Positions 40,962 through 52,332 are shown, counted from the first letter of the stretch. The stretch: DNA of 64,000 nucleotides from a bacterium (GCA_965213625.1 CBDBZU010000004.1:3424001-3488000), one strand, 5' to 3'. The notes: a model not told the origin generated them from the sequence alone. Numbers and translations: made by a program.

Positions 40962-43813
40962 TGGTCGTCTCGATCGGCGCCGTCGCCGCCCCCGCACAGG
41001 GTGCCTCCTACTACGAGCGGGACGGCTACTACGCCAGGGACGACCCTGCCCACAGGGAGGTGAGCGCATGGGCCGGCAGGGGAGCGGAGGACCTTGGCCT
41101 CACGGGCCCGGTCGACCCGGAAGTCTTCAAGGCGGTGCTCGAAGGCGAAGTGCCCGACGGTTCGGGGAGAAAGCTCGGACGCAGGCGCAAGGACGGCATC
41201 CTGGAGCACCGTCCCGGGCGCGACCTCACTTTCTCGGCCCCCAAATCCGTCTCGCTCGCCGCGCTGGTGGGCGGCGACGCCCGTGTCGTCGAGGCCCATG
41301 AGCGGGCGGTCGAGCGCACCCTCGCCTGGGTCGAGGGCAACGCCGCTGAGACCAGGATGAAGGACCCGGATACGGGAGGCATGGTCAAGGTCTGTGATCA
41401 GAAAACGGTGGCCGCGACCTTCCGCCACGACGCCTCGCGCAACCTCGACCCCCAGCTTCACACCCACGCGGTGCTGGCCAACATGGTCCAGGGTCCGGAC
41501 GGCAAATGGAGGACGATGTCCAACGAGGCGCTCTACCGCCGCCAGAAGCTGATCGGCATGCTCTACAGGAGCGAGCTGGCGCAAGAGTTGGGGAAGCTGG
41601 GCTACGGGATTGAGAAGACACACGCCGACGGGCGGTTCGAGGTCGCTGGCATTCGCCGCGAGGTGATCGAGGCGTTCTCGACCCGGCGGGCGGAGATCGA
41701 GGCGGCCATGGCCGAGCGGGGCCTGGGAACGACGGCTGCGAACCAGCGCCTCGCAGAGCGCGCGGCGCTCATGACCCGCGCCCGCAAGCGCGACGTGGAC
41801 AAGAGCGCGCTCAGGGGTATATGGGAGAAACAGGCAAAAGACTTAGGATTCGACCCCAAAGCCCTTGCGGCCGAAGCAGTGTCCCGGGCCGCCGGCCTGG
41901 AAGGCGCAGTAGAGACCCATGAGCCGTCGCAGGACCGGGGAATTGCCCAAGAAACCGGTCCGGCCGGTGAGGCCGCGGAATGGGCCGTGTCGCATCTCGC
42001 GGAGCGCGAGGCCGTGTTCGCCCGCGGCGACGCGCTTGCCGCCGCGCTGGCCTGGCGGCCGGGCGCGGTGTCCATCGAGTCGGCGGAGAGGGCGCTGGGC
42101 GATCTCGAAAGAGAGGGCCGGCTCCATGCCGCTCCGGCGCTCAAGGGGGGCGACGGCCTCACAACTGATAAGGCGCTGGCGGACGAGCGCGAGACGATCG
42201 GGCTGATGCGGGTCGGCCAGGGCCGGGGCCGGGCGGTGATGCGCACCTGGATGGTGCAGGCGCATCTGCACAAGGGACCGCTGACACAAGGCCAGAGGGA
42301 AGCGGTCAAGCTCATCCTCTCGGCCAAAGATCGCGTCGTCGGCGTACAGGGCTATGCCGGGACCGGCAAGACCACCATGCTCAGCCGTGCCCGCGCTCTC
42401 CTCGAAAAACGCGGGTTCGAGGTCAAGGGCCTCGCGCCGTCGGCCTCGGCGGTGAAGACGCTCGGAACCGAGGCCGGGATCGAGAGCGAGACGCTGCAGC
42501 GTTTCCTCACCCGAAACACCGGCGTGGCTGAAGGCAAGCTCACCAGAAAGGCCGAGAAGCAGATGCGCGCGGCCTGGGGCAAGACGGTTCTTGTGGTGGA
42601 CGAAGGGTCCCTCGCCTCCACCCTGCAGGCCCGCGACCTCCTGCGGGTTGCAGGCGCCTTGCGCATCCCCAGGGTCGTGCTGGTGGGCGATGAGAAACAA
42701 CTGGACGCCGTGGACGCCGGCAAGCCCTTCGCGCAACTCCAGCAAGCCGGTATGAAGACCGCCGTGATGGACGATATCCTGCGCCAGCGCGACCCGGAGC
42801 TTAAAGCCGCAGTCGAGGCGAGCCTCGCCGGCGAGATCGGCCGCGCGTTCGAGAAGCTCGGGTCGAACGTCGCGCAGGTGAAGGCAGACAACATCGCGGG
42901 CGCGGTGGCGGCGCGCTGGCTCGAACTGTCCCCCGAGGCGAGGGAGAACACCGGCGTCATGGCGCCCAGTCATGAACTTCGCCAGAAGATCAACGCTCAT
43001 ATCAGAGAGCGTCTCGCGCGTGAGGGCCGTATCCACGGCCCCGCCTTCAGGGGGGAGCGGCTCGTCTCGCGCGGTTATACGAACCCCGAGAAATCGCTCG
43101 CCGCGAACTACGCCCCGGGAGACGTCGTGGCCTTCCACCGCCCCTACAAGCGCATGGGTGTCGAGAAGGGCGACGAACTCCGCGTATCGGGCGTGGATCA
43201 CGAGAACCAGACGGTGATGCTCGAAGGCAAGGACGGCGGGAGCGTCTCATGGAAGCCCGGGCGGATTGCCGGGCGGAGCGGCGGCGCCGAGGTCTACCGG
43301 GCCGAAGAGATCGAGCTTCGCGCCGGCGACCGGGTACGCTGGACCCGCAACGACATGGGCTCAGGCCTCGTCAACAGCCGCACGGCCGACGTGCTTTCGG
43401 CCGGGAACGGCCACGTCTCCTTCCGCCTCGAAGACGGGCGCAGGCTCGGCATGACCTCGGGCGATCCCCAACTGCGCCATCTCGACCATGCATGGGCCTC
43501 GACCGTGCATGCCTTCCAGGGCCGGACCGTAGACAACGTGATCGCCGCGATGCAGGCCAACCACCCCCACCTCACCACGCAGAAGAGCTTCTACGTGGAG
43601 CTCAGTCGTGCCCGCGACCGGGCCGAACTCGTGACCGACGACGCGAATGCCCTGCGCCAGCGGCTCGAAACCGCGACTGGAGAGCGGATTGCGGCGCTGG
43701 ATGGGATCGGGCAAGCGGCGCGGGACACGCTGGTGAAAGAGACGGGAGCGGAGTCTAAGGCGGGACAAACGGCGGTGCGAGAGAAGCAGGTCGAGCCGGG
43801 TCTCGGTTTATGA
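40958..43813 (+). CDS. traI: MOBF relaxase-helicase (TrwC/TraI-like)
   Basis: YY..DGYY, DLTFSAPKSVS, HDASRNLDPQLHTH, GYAGTGKTT, TVHAFQGRT. Confidence 0.96.
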   Translation: MMVVSIGAVAAPAQGASYYERDGYYARDDPAHREVSAWAGRGAEDLGLTGPVDPEVFKAVLEGEVPDGSGRKLGRRRKDGILEHRPGRDLTFSAPKSVSLAALVGGDARVVEAHERAVERTLAWVEGNAAETRMKDPDTGGMVKVCDQKTVAATFRHDASRNLDPQLHTHAVLANMVQGPDGKWRTMSNEALYRRQKLIGMLYRSELAQELGKLGYGIEKTHADGRFEVAGIRREVIEAFSTRRAEIEAAMAERGLGTTAANQRLAERAALMTRARKRDVDKSALRGIWEKQAKDLGFDPKALAAEAVSRAAGLEGAVETHEPSQDRGIAQETGPAGEAAEWAVSHLAEREAVFARGDALAAALAWRPGAVSIESAERALGDLEREGRLHAAPALKGGDGLTTDKALADERETIGLMRVGQGRGRAVMRTWMVQAHLHKGPLTQGQREAVKLILSAKDRVVGVQGYAGTGKTTMLSRARALLEKRGFEVKGLAPSASAVKTLGTEAGIESETLQRFLTRNTGVAEGKLTRKAEKQMRAAWGKTVLVVDEGSLASTLQARDLLRVAGALRIPRVVLVGDEKQLDAVDAGKPFAQLQQAGMKTAVMDDILRQRDPELKAAVEASLAGEIGRAFEKLGSNVAQVKADNIAGAVAARWLELSPEARENTGVMAPSHELRQKINAHIRERLAREGRIHGPAFRGERLVSRGYTNPEKSLAANYAPGDVVAFHRPYKRMGVEKGDELRVSGVDHENQTVMLEGKDGGSVSWKPGRIAGRSGGAEVYRAEEIELRAGDRVRWTRNDMGSGLVNSRTADVLSAGNGHVSFRLEDGRRLGMTSGDPQLRHLDHAWASTVHAFQGRTVDNVIAAMQANHPHLTTQKSFYVELSRARDRAELVTDDANALRQRLETATGERIAALDGIGQAARDTLVKETGAESKAGQTAVREKQVEPGLGL

Positions 43814-44007
43814 TTACCGCTTTCCCAATATCGATTGCAACTTTCTGGAGTACCAGTATAAAAATATGGTGCATGACAGATTTGGAACGGTTGATCTATA
43901 CGGTGCGCATTGATGACGGATTGCGAATCATCCATTGCCAAGGCCTGCTGCTGGTGCAGGTCAGGGAATCCATTGTTCGGATGAGCGCCACCGGCCCGGC
44001 GTATTGA
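43810..44007 (+). pseudogene. Possible Txe/YoeB toxin C-terminal remnant
   Basis: FWS...RLIYTV..DDGLRIIHC resembles the YoeB C-terminus. Confidence 0.35.
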
Positions 44008-44046
44008 TTCCGGTCTACAGTTCGGATTCCTAGATTTTCGCCAGCT

Positions 44047-44422
44047 TCATGAGATGTCTTTGCAGGCCTCGCTTGAGTGACGCATTACCATGGATCGGCA
44101 CCGAGATGGGGATATCCGAACTCTTTTCGCGTAAATGCGGTGACTCCCAGGGGTGCGTGCCGATATCCAGCTCTTCGCTACCAGAATGCAGCAAAATCGC
44201 TTTCCGCTGAGAGTTTTTGCACGGCGAGCTTGACGATCCGGCCCGTACCCGATGCGTCCAACTCCTGGACGTCCATGTAGAGGCATCCCTTGGCCGCGTC
44301 GTAGAGATTCCTCAGCAACTCTTCGAACGAATCTCCTCCCTGTGTCGCACAACCGGAGACGGCATGGACCTCGACCCAATAGCCCCATCTTCCGTCTCGT
44401 GTACGACTACCTTTAGTTTCAC
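44047..44422 (-). pseudogene. hicB-hicA toxin-antitoxin remnants
   Basis: MKLKVVVHETEDG, then a frameshift, GYWVEV...GCATQG (HicB); KTLSGKRFC..L...W...GSHRIY (HicA, start lost). Confidence 0.7.
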
Positions 44423-44444
44423 GATTTTCCTCCCTTCGCACGAC

Positions 44445-45160
44445 GATTAGGTCAATTGCCCCGGATCAAGACGCTCGAAGGCTTAGACTTCAGCTTCCAG
44501 CCGTCGTTGGATAAGAACCGCATCCTGGCCCTGGCCGAGTTGGGCTTCATCGAGCGTGGCGAAGTGGTGCCTCTGCTCGGGCCTCCAGGCACCGGCAAGA
44601 GCCATCTGGGCATCGCCTTGGGCATCGAAGCGGTCAAGGCTGGCAAGAGAGTCTACTTCGCCACCTTGGCCGAGATCATCGACTGGCTGGCCAAAGCCGA
44701 GCGCGAAGGCAAACTCGCCCAGCGGATCGCCTATATCGCCCGGCCCGCCCTTTTGATCATTGACGAAGTCGGATATCTGCCGGTCGAACAGGGCGGCGCC
44801 AACCTGTTCTTCCAGCTCATCAACGCCCGCTACGAGCGCGGCGCCGTCATCCTCACATCCAATCGCGGCTTTGGCGAATAGGGCGAAGTGTTCGGCGATA
44901 TCGTGGTCGTCGCCGCCCTGTTGAACCGGCTCTTGCACCACGCCAAAGTGATCGAGATCGCCGGCAACAGTTACCAGCTCAGAGAACTCGCCAAGCTGGT
45001 CCCAGAGAACTTGCAGCTGCCACCCATCACAGCGCCCGCCAAGCCCAGAAAACGACGCGGACGCCCACCGAAGAAAAAGAACCCGGAATGAAACAGAACT
45101 TCCAAAAAGTGGAAATTTTTTACTTCGGCACAACTGGGGAAATTTACTTCGGCATTGACG
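44445..45160 (+). mobile_element. istB: IS21-family remnant: 5'-truncated istB with an in-frame TAG, plus right end
   Basis: KTLEGLDFSFQP, GPPGTGKSHL, IIDEVGY, TSNRGFGE*GEVFGD; tandem end repeats ...TTTACTTCGGCA (45111-45130, 45136-45154) followed by TTGACG. Confidence 0.9.
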
Positions 45161-45407
45161 TCGATACCAAAAAAAGGGGACATTACGGCTTTGGGGCTAA
45201 CATCGACATGATTTCCTTATCAAAAGGGGGTGTCGTTTGCAGCCTGTCGTGGCACGCTATGAGAACGAACGGCTCGCCGAATTGGGGTTTGGCGCGTGCG
45301 CGAAACGGCCAGCGGAGTTCATTGGGAAAACGGAACGAGAGCCGTGCGGTCCACGGGCGGTGGAGCAGCAGCATACCGTTCGCAATTTTTACTACCAGAT
45401 TAGGAGA

Positions 45408-46628
45408 GTGAAAAAAGTGTCCCGACGAATTGACCTGAATGCGTTGCTGGCGGGCTGCGCGGATGATTCGTTCGACGACGGCATTCGAATCGACTCGGAG
45501 CTGGAGCCGGTGGGCGGTCCTGGGGGTCCGGTGAAGCCTGCCGTGTATGAGGGCGGGAACTACCAGCGTGATCGTCGCTGGGGGGCGGCCGGAGACTCGG
45601 AGCCGACGCAGGTGATCGTCATCGACAACGTCCCGTCGCAGGCCAACCGGCTTGAGCACGCCCTGCGGCAGCATCGAAAGTCGATCTCGATTCCCGAGTT
45701 CTTACTGGACTTCTCCACTATGCGGCACTTGCCGTCACATCTCCCGAAGTCGCTGTCGAGCTTGGAGTTTCCCCACCGCAACGCGGACGCGTATCTGCGC
45801 GACTCCGAGCTCGACGGCGAGGACTTCATGAAGACGGAGATCGGCAAGGCGATTTTCGGCGCCACGGCGCAAACCTGCGGCCCGTTGGTCGCTTGGTTCC
45901 CACAAGCCCTCCTGTATGGATTCTGGCAGTCCCATCTGGGGAAGAAGCGGCAGAACACCAAACACGCCCGGGCATGGGTCTCGGAGATCGTGGGTTGGCA
46001 ACCGGCATCCACGGAAACCAAGGTGCTCGGTCTGAAGGGGGATGCCCTGAATCTTAGCACGGAAGAGCCCGTCACCTCCAACCCAAACGACCGTACGGAT
46101 TGGGAAGTTGGCAAAGGCGGGAGGATCGAGGGCGGAAAGAACGAAAAGCTATCGAATTTGGGGCACGGGCAAATCCCATTTATGGGAGGCGAAGGTGCCA
46201 ACCAAGAGCCGCCGGCCGCGAGCGTGTCCTTTGCGCGCGTGACCCAGCGCGCCACCGTCTCTTTCGCCCAACTTCGGCGCGTTGGTCTTGGAACCGGAGC
46301 CCCAGTAGCCGATGGGGCCGTGCGGGCGCTTCTTGTGGCACTGGGTCTGCACGCCCATCAGCTTGCCTTCGGCAGAGGGTTCGCGTTGCGATCGGGCGCT
46401 GAGCTACGTCCCAAGGCCACGACCGTGACCTGGCTTGGCGATGAAGGGGACGAGTCCTGCGACCTCACCGGCGCAGCGGCGACGCGCGAGCTACTCGTCG
46501 CGGCAAGGCAGCATGCCGAGTCCGTTGGCGTGCCGCTGGACGGGTGGGTTGGAGAGGCGAGAACGCTTACGCCCAAGGCGAACCTGCGCAAGGCGATCCG
46601 CGCCACCTGGCCGGTTCTCGACGACTGA
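45408..46628 (+). CDS. csb1: Type I-G Cas7 (Csb1)
   Basis: AGGAGA then GTG; VKPAVY, IDNVPSQANRLE, PHRNADAYLR, LLYGFWQS, LGHGQIP. Confidence 0.92.
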   Translation: MKKVSRRIDLNALLAGCADDSFDDGIRIDSELEPVGGPGGPVKPAVYEGGNYQRDRRWGAAGDSEPTQVIVIDNVPSQANRLEHALRQHRKSISIPEFLLDFSTMRHLPSHLPKSLSSLEFPHRNADAYLRDSELDGEDFMKTEIGKAIFGATAQTCGPLVAWFPQALLYGFWQSHLGKKRQNTKHARAWVSEIVGWQPASTETKVLGLKGDALNLSTEEPVTSNPNDRTDWEVGKGGRIEGGKNEKLSNLGHGQIPFMGGEGANQEPPAASVSFARVTQRATVSFAQLRRVGLGTGAPVADGAVRALLVALGLHAHQLAFGRGFALRSGAELRPKATTVTWLGDEGDESCDLTGAAATRELLVAARQHAESVGVPLDGWVGEARTLTPKANLRKAIRATWPVLDD

Positions 46629-48019
46629 TGTTCACCATCAGCGTGGAGTTGCTTCACGGCACCTTCCGCGGCGATCCGGACGGAACCGCCAACACCGGAC
46701 GCCTGCAGATCGGCGAGTGGCCTCCGTCGCCGGCGCGGTTGTTCGCTGCGCTCGTAGCGGCCGATGGCACTCGGCAACAGACGCAAGTCACCGACGGCAG
46801 CGAACTCCTGTGGCTGGAGGCGTTGCCCGCTCCAACCATTCACGCGCATTCGCAGGCGTGGCATCAGGCGCAGCAACCACGGTTTGTGGTGAGGGCGGAC
46901 CTTGCCAAACTCACGCACCAAGAGTATGTCGCACGCGGCGGTGCCCTACATCGCCCAGGGGTGCGAGTCGCGGCTCGCGACCCGCGAATCGTGTACAAAT
47001 GGGAAAATACGCCTCCCCCCGAGACTTTGAGGTCGATCCGTCTGCGTGCCGCGCGCGTTGGCTATCTCGGCGCGTCCGACTCGCCAGTACGTCTTCGCGT
47101 CGCGACTGAGATACCGTCCGACTCGCCAACGGACGTTTTCTTGCCCGATCCGGATGGCGAAGCGACACTGAATGTGCCTCGACCGGGCGACACCGACGTT
47201 CTGGACAGGATCTACGACGCATGGCGCGTTCGCGGCGCATCCGTCGCGCGTTCGCAGTTCCCCGCGCTGGCGCATTCGGCGCGCTACCGTACGCCGGACT
47301 GGCCAGTCAAAGAGGAGTATGGTCGCGTGGTGGCATGGCTGCACCTGCGCCCGGCCGTTTCCGGCCGTCGCGTATCCGCCGTAACCTCCCTGTTCAAGGA
47401 GGCAGTGCTCAGCCACTATCAGCGGATTCACGGTGAGCCGCCAGCCGTTTTGCACGGCCACGGATTCGAAAGAACCGGCTACGACCTTGCTCGCTATCTG
47501 GCGCTGCCCGATGTTGGTTTCGCTCGCTCGCGGGGCCGCGTTCACGGCCTGGCGCTGTGGTTACCCCCGGCCTCGGACGACATGGTGCAAGCCAGGGTTC
47601 GCGATGCGGTTTCAGCGGTGCAGGTGCTGAAAGGCTCCGGGGTCGAGGTGACTGTCTTTCCCCGGGAAGACGAGATGCGGCCTTGGGCGACCCACCCGTG
47701 CCGATGGCTGAAACCGTCGCGCAGATGGGTGACCGCGTTTCCCGTGGTTCACGAGCGGCGCGGCAAGGTGCGCTTGCGGGAGGTCGCCCGATGGTGCCGG
47801 CACGCTGGGCTGCCGGAGCCCGTTTCGTTCCGCCAGTCCCGTTCGCCGCTTGTTCCGGGCGCAGTTGACTTGATGCCGGTGGAGGTCAATCGCCCGGGGC
47901 GGCCCGCGCTTCCGTACTCCCACGTGGAAGTCCGGTTCGCAGAATCAATCCCGGGACCCGTTGTCATCGGCGCCGGCCGCCAGCGGGGTCTTGGCCTCTG
48001 CGTGCCTCTCGATGACTGA
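46628..48019 (+). CDS. csb2: Type I-G Cas5/Cas6 fusion (Csb2)
   Basis: EWPPSPARLFAALVA, YLGASDS, C-terminal GPVVIGAGRQRGLGLC. Confidence 0.93.
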   Translation: MFTISVELLHGTFRGDPDGTANTGRLQIGEWPPSPARLFAALVAADGTRQQTQVTDGSELLWLEALPAPTIHAHSQAWHQAQQPRFVVRADLAKLTHQEYVARGGALHRPGVRVAARDPRIVYKWENTPPPETLRSIRLRAARVGYLGASDSPVRLRVATEIPSDSPTDVFLPDPDGEATLNVPRPGDTDVLDRIYDAWRVRGASVARSQFPALAHSARYRTPDWPVKEEYGRVVAWLHLRPAVSGRRVSAVTSLFKEAVLSHYQRIHGEPPAVLHGHGFERTGYDLARYLALPDVGFARSRGRVHGLALWLPPASDDMVQARVRDAVSAVQVLKGSGVEVTVFPREDEMRPWATHPCRWLKPSRRWVTAFPVVHERRGKVRLREVARWCRHAGLPEPVSFRQSRSPLVPGAVDLMPVEVNRPGRPALPYSHVEVRFAESIPGPVVIGAGRQRGLGLCVPLDD

Positions 48020-50834
48020 GAAGGCTGACGTCGCCGACAAAGGGGTGGATCGGCAACGCAAAAAAAGCCTGCCTGCGCTGGCCACATTCCCTGAGTTCTA
48101 TCGAGCCATCAACGGGCGCGAGCCGTTTCCGTGGCAGGCCCGTTTGGCCGATCTGGTCGCCAGGGAGGAGCGGTGGCGAAGCGAGATCGGCGTTCCCACC
48201 GGGCTCGGCAAGACCGCTTGCCTGGACATCGCAGTCTGGTGGCTGGCATCGCAGGCGGACCGGGCGCCCTGCCGACGCACCGCGCCCACTCGAATCTGGT
48301 GGGTGGTCAACCGTCGCCTGCTAGTGGACTCGAGCGCCGATCATGCGCGGCGGATGGCCAATACGTTGTGCGATCCGGCAGCGGCGGAACTCGGCGACAC
48401 TGATCGGCAGGTCGTGGAGAGTATTGGCGACCGGCTGCGTGCGCTTTGGATGGACGCCAAAGCGGCGCCGCTGGATGTGATCAGCCTGCGCGGCGGTGTC
48501 GCCTCGCGCTCGCCGACCGATGCGGCACGTCCAACCATCATTCTATGCACACTGCCGATGTACGGCTCGCGACTGCTGTTTCGAGGTTATGGGTCTCGCT
48601 CGCGTTCGGTCGACGCCGCCATGGCCGGCACTGACAGCCTCGTGATCCTCGACGAGGCGCACCTTGCCCCACATCTGAAGTCCCTCATCGCGGCGTTGGC
48701 CGACTGCCATCCGACGGCGAGGGAGCTCCTCGGGGGAGGACGCGCGCGGCCGCAACTCGTCGCGCTCACCGCCACGGGCGACGCCGGCACGACGGAGCGG
48801 TTCGACCTCGACGCGGACGACGAGGCCAACACCGTCGTGCGCGAGCGCCTCGATGCGATGAAGCCGCTGCGATTGCAGGTCGCAGGCGCGGGCGATGCGT
48901 CCAAGTGTCTGGCCGATGCCGCGCTCGATCTGATCGATCCAAGCCCGCGACCCGTCACCTGTCTCGTATTTGCCAACTCTCCGAGAACGGCGCGGGCCAC
49001 ATTCGACCGCTTGCAGAAGGCAATGCCGCGTGCCGGGGCCGATGTGCTGCTGTTGACCGGCCTCGCCCGGGAGCGGGAGGCACAGCGCGTCCGTAAGCGG
49101 ATCCTGGATCCGGACTCCGGCATGGCGGCTGGTCAGGTCCTGGGCAGGCGTAAGTGCCACCTTGTCGTGGTGGCCACGCAAACGCTCGAAGTTGGCGCAG
49201 ACGTCGATGCAGAGTACTTGGTCACCGAGGCGTGCGGCGTCCGGGCGCTTACACAGCGGCTCGGTCGGCTAAACCGGCTTGGTCGCTTTCCGCACGCGCA
49301 AGCAACCTACGTCCATCTGCCACCGAAGCGGCGTGGTTCGAAGGGGACGGGAGCAACCTGGCCGGTGTACCAAGCGGAACCGGCGAAGGTGTTGGAGCAG
49401 TTGCAAGCGGCGTGCGGCGAGGACGGCACGGTCAACCTGTCGCCGCGGGTCGTTGGGCACACTCTGGGATTGCCCGGGGACGATCCAGGCCGCGCACCCG
49501 AAGTCCTTCCCGGCCTACTGTGGGAATGGACGAAGACGACCACACCTCCGGACGGCGAGGCACCTGTGGAACCGTATTTCAGCGGCATCGCGGCGCCTGA
49601 CTACTCGGTTTCGCTGCTCTGGCGTGCCCATGTGCCCGACCCTAGCAAGCGGCTGTGGCCGCGTCCGAGCGATCGCGAGGCCATCGATGTGCCTCTCAAC
49701 GATGTGCGGGCGATCCTCGCGGACGAGGAAATGTGTCGGATCGGTGCCAACGGGATCACCGTGGAGTCCGCGACAGTGGAGGACTTGCGGCCCGGCGACC
49801 GACTTGTGCTGCCGACGGACCGGGGCCTGATGGACGCGTTTGGCTGGAACCCGTCCTGTTCCGACCCCGTGGTGGATACCTCGTTGCAGGGCTTGGGCTT
49901 ACCCCTGGATGCGCAGGCGATTGAGCGGCTGTGCGGTCTGCGTCTGGAACGGTGGACGACGGCTGCGCTGGGTGACGTTGACGACGCGGATCAAATCGAC
50001 GAACTGGACCGGACGCACGCACTCAAAGAGATCGTGGCGGCGATTCGAGATGCCCCGGCACCGGCCGGCTGGGAGCGCGAGGAATGGACACGGTACACGC
50101 ATGCACTGATGCCACGGCTCTTGCAGCCCTGCAACGAGGTGCCCCGGTTGCCCATCCGCAGCCCTCGTGGAGAATTGCCCAATGACGACTTCGACGAGCT
50201 CTCGATCGGCGCAGCCGCGGTGGAACTGGATTGCCATGGCAATGCCGTGGGCAGGCGAGCGCAGATGATCGCAGAGCGCATGGGCGTGCCTCCGAACCTG
50301 TTGGCGACAGTTGTACGCGCCGCCGGGTTGCACGACATCGGGAAGGCCGATCCACGCTTTCAACGATGGCTCTCACCCGACCATCGGCACGATGGCCCGC
50401 TCCTTGCGAAATCCGACACACCGCGACACCGGTGGGAGGGCAAGCGCATTGCCGCTGGGTGGCCCCGCGGCGGCCGCCACGAGGACCTCTCGGCCCGACT
50501 GGTGCAGACCTGGCTCGAACGAGTGCCCGATTGGGGCACGCCCATGGAACGCGACTTGCTGGTGCACCTGGTGATCAGCCACCACGGCAAGGGCAGGTCG
50601 CTGGTCGCGCCGGCGGTCGACGGCATTTCGGCAACCGTGCGCGGCATGGTGGAAGGTGTCGTTGTGGAAGCGGACGCCGACCTCGGAAGCACCGACTGGG
50701 AGCAGCCTGCCCGGTTCCGACGGCTCGACGCGGAATTGGGGGCGTGGGGCCTCGCACTGCTGGAGGCGATTGTCATTTGCGCTGACCACGCCGTTTCGGC
50801 AGGCGTTCAGGAATTGGAGGAACACTACGGATGA
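48012..50834 (+). CDS. cas3: Type I-G Cas3 (helicase with C-terminal HD nuclease)
   Basis: PFPWQ, PTGLGKT, DEAH, QRLGRLNRLG, then LHDIGKAD, HHG, ADH. Confidence 0.95.
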   Translation: MTEKADVADKGVDRQRKKSLPALATFPEFYRAINGREPFPWQARLADLVAREERWRSEIGVPTGLGKTACLDIAVWWLASQADRAPCRRTAPTRIWWVVNRRLLVDSSADHARRMANTLCDPAAAELGDTDRQVVESIGDRLRALWMDAKAAPLDVISLRGGVASRSPTDAARPTIILCTLPMYGSRLLFRGYGSRSRSVDAAMAGTDSLVILDEAHLAPHLKSLIAALADCHPTARELLGGGRARPQLVALTATGDAGTTERFDLDADDEANTVVRERLDAMKPLRLQVAGAGDASKCLADAALDLIDPSPRPVTCLVFANSPRTARATFDRLQKAMPRAGADVLLLTGLAREREAQRVRKRILDPDSGMAAGQVLGRRKCHLVVVATQTLEVGADVDAEYLVTEACGVRALTQRLGRLNRLGRFPHAQATYVHLPPKRRGSKGTGATWPVYQAEPAKVLEQLQAACGEDGTVNLSPRVVGHTLGLPGDDPGRAPEVLPGLLWEWTKTTTPPDGEAPVEPYFSGIAAPDYSVSLLWRAHVPDPSKRLWPRPSDREAIDVPLNDVRAILADEEMCRIGANGITVESATVEDLRPGDRLVLPTDRGLMDAFGWNPSCSDPVVDTSLQGLGLPLDAQAIERLCGLRLERWTTAALGDVDDADQIDELDRTHALKEIVAAIRDAPAPAGWEREEWTRYTHALMPRLLQPCNEVPRLPIRSPRGELPNDDFDELSIGAAAVELDCHGNAVGRRAQMIAERMGVPPNLLATVVRAAGLHDIGKADPRFQRWLSPDHRHDGPLLAKSDTPRHRWEGKRIAAGWPRGGRHEDLSARLVQTWLERVPDWGTPMERDLLVHLVISHHGKGRSLVAPAVDGISATVRGMVEGVVVEADADLGSTDWEQPARFRRLDAELGAWGLALLEAIVICADHAVSAGVQELEEHYG

Positions 50835-51727
50835 ATGACTGCGTGTGCCGCGGATTGCCTGCCGGATGGGTCAACGGCTGGTTAGCTGCCGTGGGCGCCA
50901 CCGTGGTGGATCCACGATTGCGCCTGCATTGGACAACGGAAGACGCTCCTGTCGCGGTGCTGTCCTCGGAGTCACTGGATCCGGTCGATGCGTTGGTGGA
51001 GTCCTGGCCCGACCGGGAACTGCTGGACGACCTGCCGATTGCCACTAAATGGCGGAATGCCTGCAGGCTTGAACGCCAGGTGACGGTGGACGACTTCCGC
51101 GAGCGGGCTAGGGAAGCGCGCAGTACCTCGTATTCCTGGACGCTGTCCTCCACGCTGACGGACCTGAGCGTCGACAAAAATGGCAAGGTGGCTCACGCAC
51201 CGTTCGACGCCGCCGGCCCAGGGACGATCAAGTGGCTTCACTACCGCGTCCTGCGGCTTCACGAGAAGGTCGAACAGCCTGCTCGTTCGCGGCTCCACGC
51301 TTCCCTGATGGGGCAGGCAAGCCGAGTCCAGGACAACGGCTTGGGGTTTGACCAAAGCCGGCTGGGCTCCTTGGCGGACAAGACGGATCCTTGGGTGGAG
51401 CCTGTCGTCGAACTGCTGTCGTTCTTCGGCCTTGCCCTCTTTCCGATGCGGGGGAGCGGCGCCGACCGGAGGGACCGGGGGAGTCCAGATGAGAGGCAGC
51501 GCAGTTGGCGCAATCCTCCTCGCAGCGGCGACCCGCGAGAGTTCGTGTGGCCGGCCTGGGAGCAACCGCTTGACACCTGGGGTATCGATGCGCTGCTGGA
51601 CGTCTGGAACCCCTGGCGGCGGGACACATGGCGCCGGGTCGGCGTGCATGCCGGCTGGCACAGTGTCCGCTACCAGCCGCGGGCAACGGCCGACGCGACC
51701 CGGGCTATCGGGGCCGAGCGTCTGTGA
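50831..51727 (+). CDS. csb3: Type I-G large subunit (Csb3/Cas8g, short form)
   Basis: Lies after cas3; GWLAAVG, VELLSFFGLALFP, FVWPAW..PL. Confidence 0.75.
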   Translation: MNDCVCRGLPAGWVNGWLAAVGATVVDPRLRLHWTTEDAPVAVLSSESLDPVDALVESWPDRELLDDLPIATKWRNACRLERQVTVDDFRERAREARSTSYSWTLSSTLTDLSVDKNGKVAHAPFDAAGPGTIKWLHYRVLRLHEKVEQPARSRLHASLMGQASRVQDNGLGFDQSRLGSLADKTDPWVEPVVELLSFFGLALFPMRGSGADRRDRGSPDERQRSWRNPPRSGDPREFVWPAWEQPLDTWGIDALLDVWNPWRRDTWRRVGVHAGWHSVRYQPRATADATRAIGAERL

Positions 51728-52332
51728 ATCCCGAACCCGTGGTGGCGATCTCTGCGATCGAGCATTTCGCCTACTGCCCACGACAATGCGCCCTTATCCA
51801 CTGCGACGGAGTTTGGTGCGACAACACACACACGGCCCGAGGCACGCGGGCGCACCGTCGGGTTGACGGCGGAAAACATCGCACCGAACGCGGCAAACGC
51901 GTCCTTCGGGGAATCCCGCTTTGGTCCGAGTCGCTTGGCCTGACCGGCCGAGCGGATGTCGTTGAGGCGAAGGGGGAAGACATCCACCCCGTGGAGTACA
52001 AGTCGGGCACGAGACACGGTCTCGCCGCCGACCTGCAGCTCTGCGCACAGGCGCTCTGCTTGGAAGAAATGCTGGATGTGGACGTGCCCTGCGGGAGTGT
52101 GTGGTACGGAGGGCCGAGGCGGCGCGTCGAAGTGTGGTTTACGGCGTCACTCCGGCAGCAGGTGAAGGGCATCGTCGCCGAAATCCGCGACCAGCTATTG
52201 ACCGGCCGATTACCGGCCGCCGTCAACGATGGGCGCTGCAAGGAGTGCCAACTATTCCATCACTGCCTCCCAGGACCGACGAGCATGTCTCACAGAATCG
52301 AACGGTACATGTCCGAAGCGGTGTTTGTATGA
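51724..52332 (+). CDS. cas4: Cas4 (stand-alone)
   Basis: ISAIEHFAYCPRQ, GRADVVE, PVEYK, QLCAQALCLEEM, CKEC...C. Confidence 0.95.
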   Translation: MNPEPVVAISAIEHFAYCPRQCALIHCDGVWCDNTHTARGTRAHRRVDGGKHRTERGKRVLRGIPLWSESLGLTGRADVVEAKGEDIHPVEYKSGTRHGLAADLQLCAQALCLEEMLDVDVPCGSVWYGGPRRRVEVWFTASLRQQVKGIVAEIRDQLLTGRLPAAVNDGRCKECQLFHHCLPGPTSMSHRIERYMSEAVFV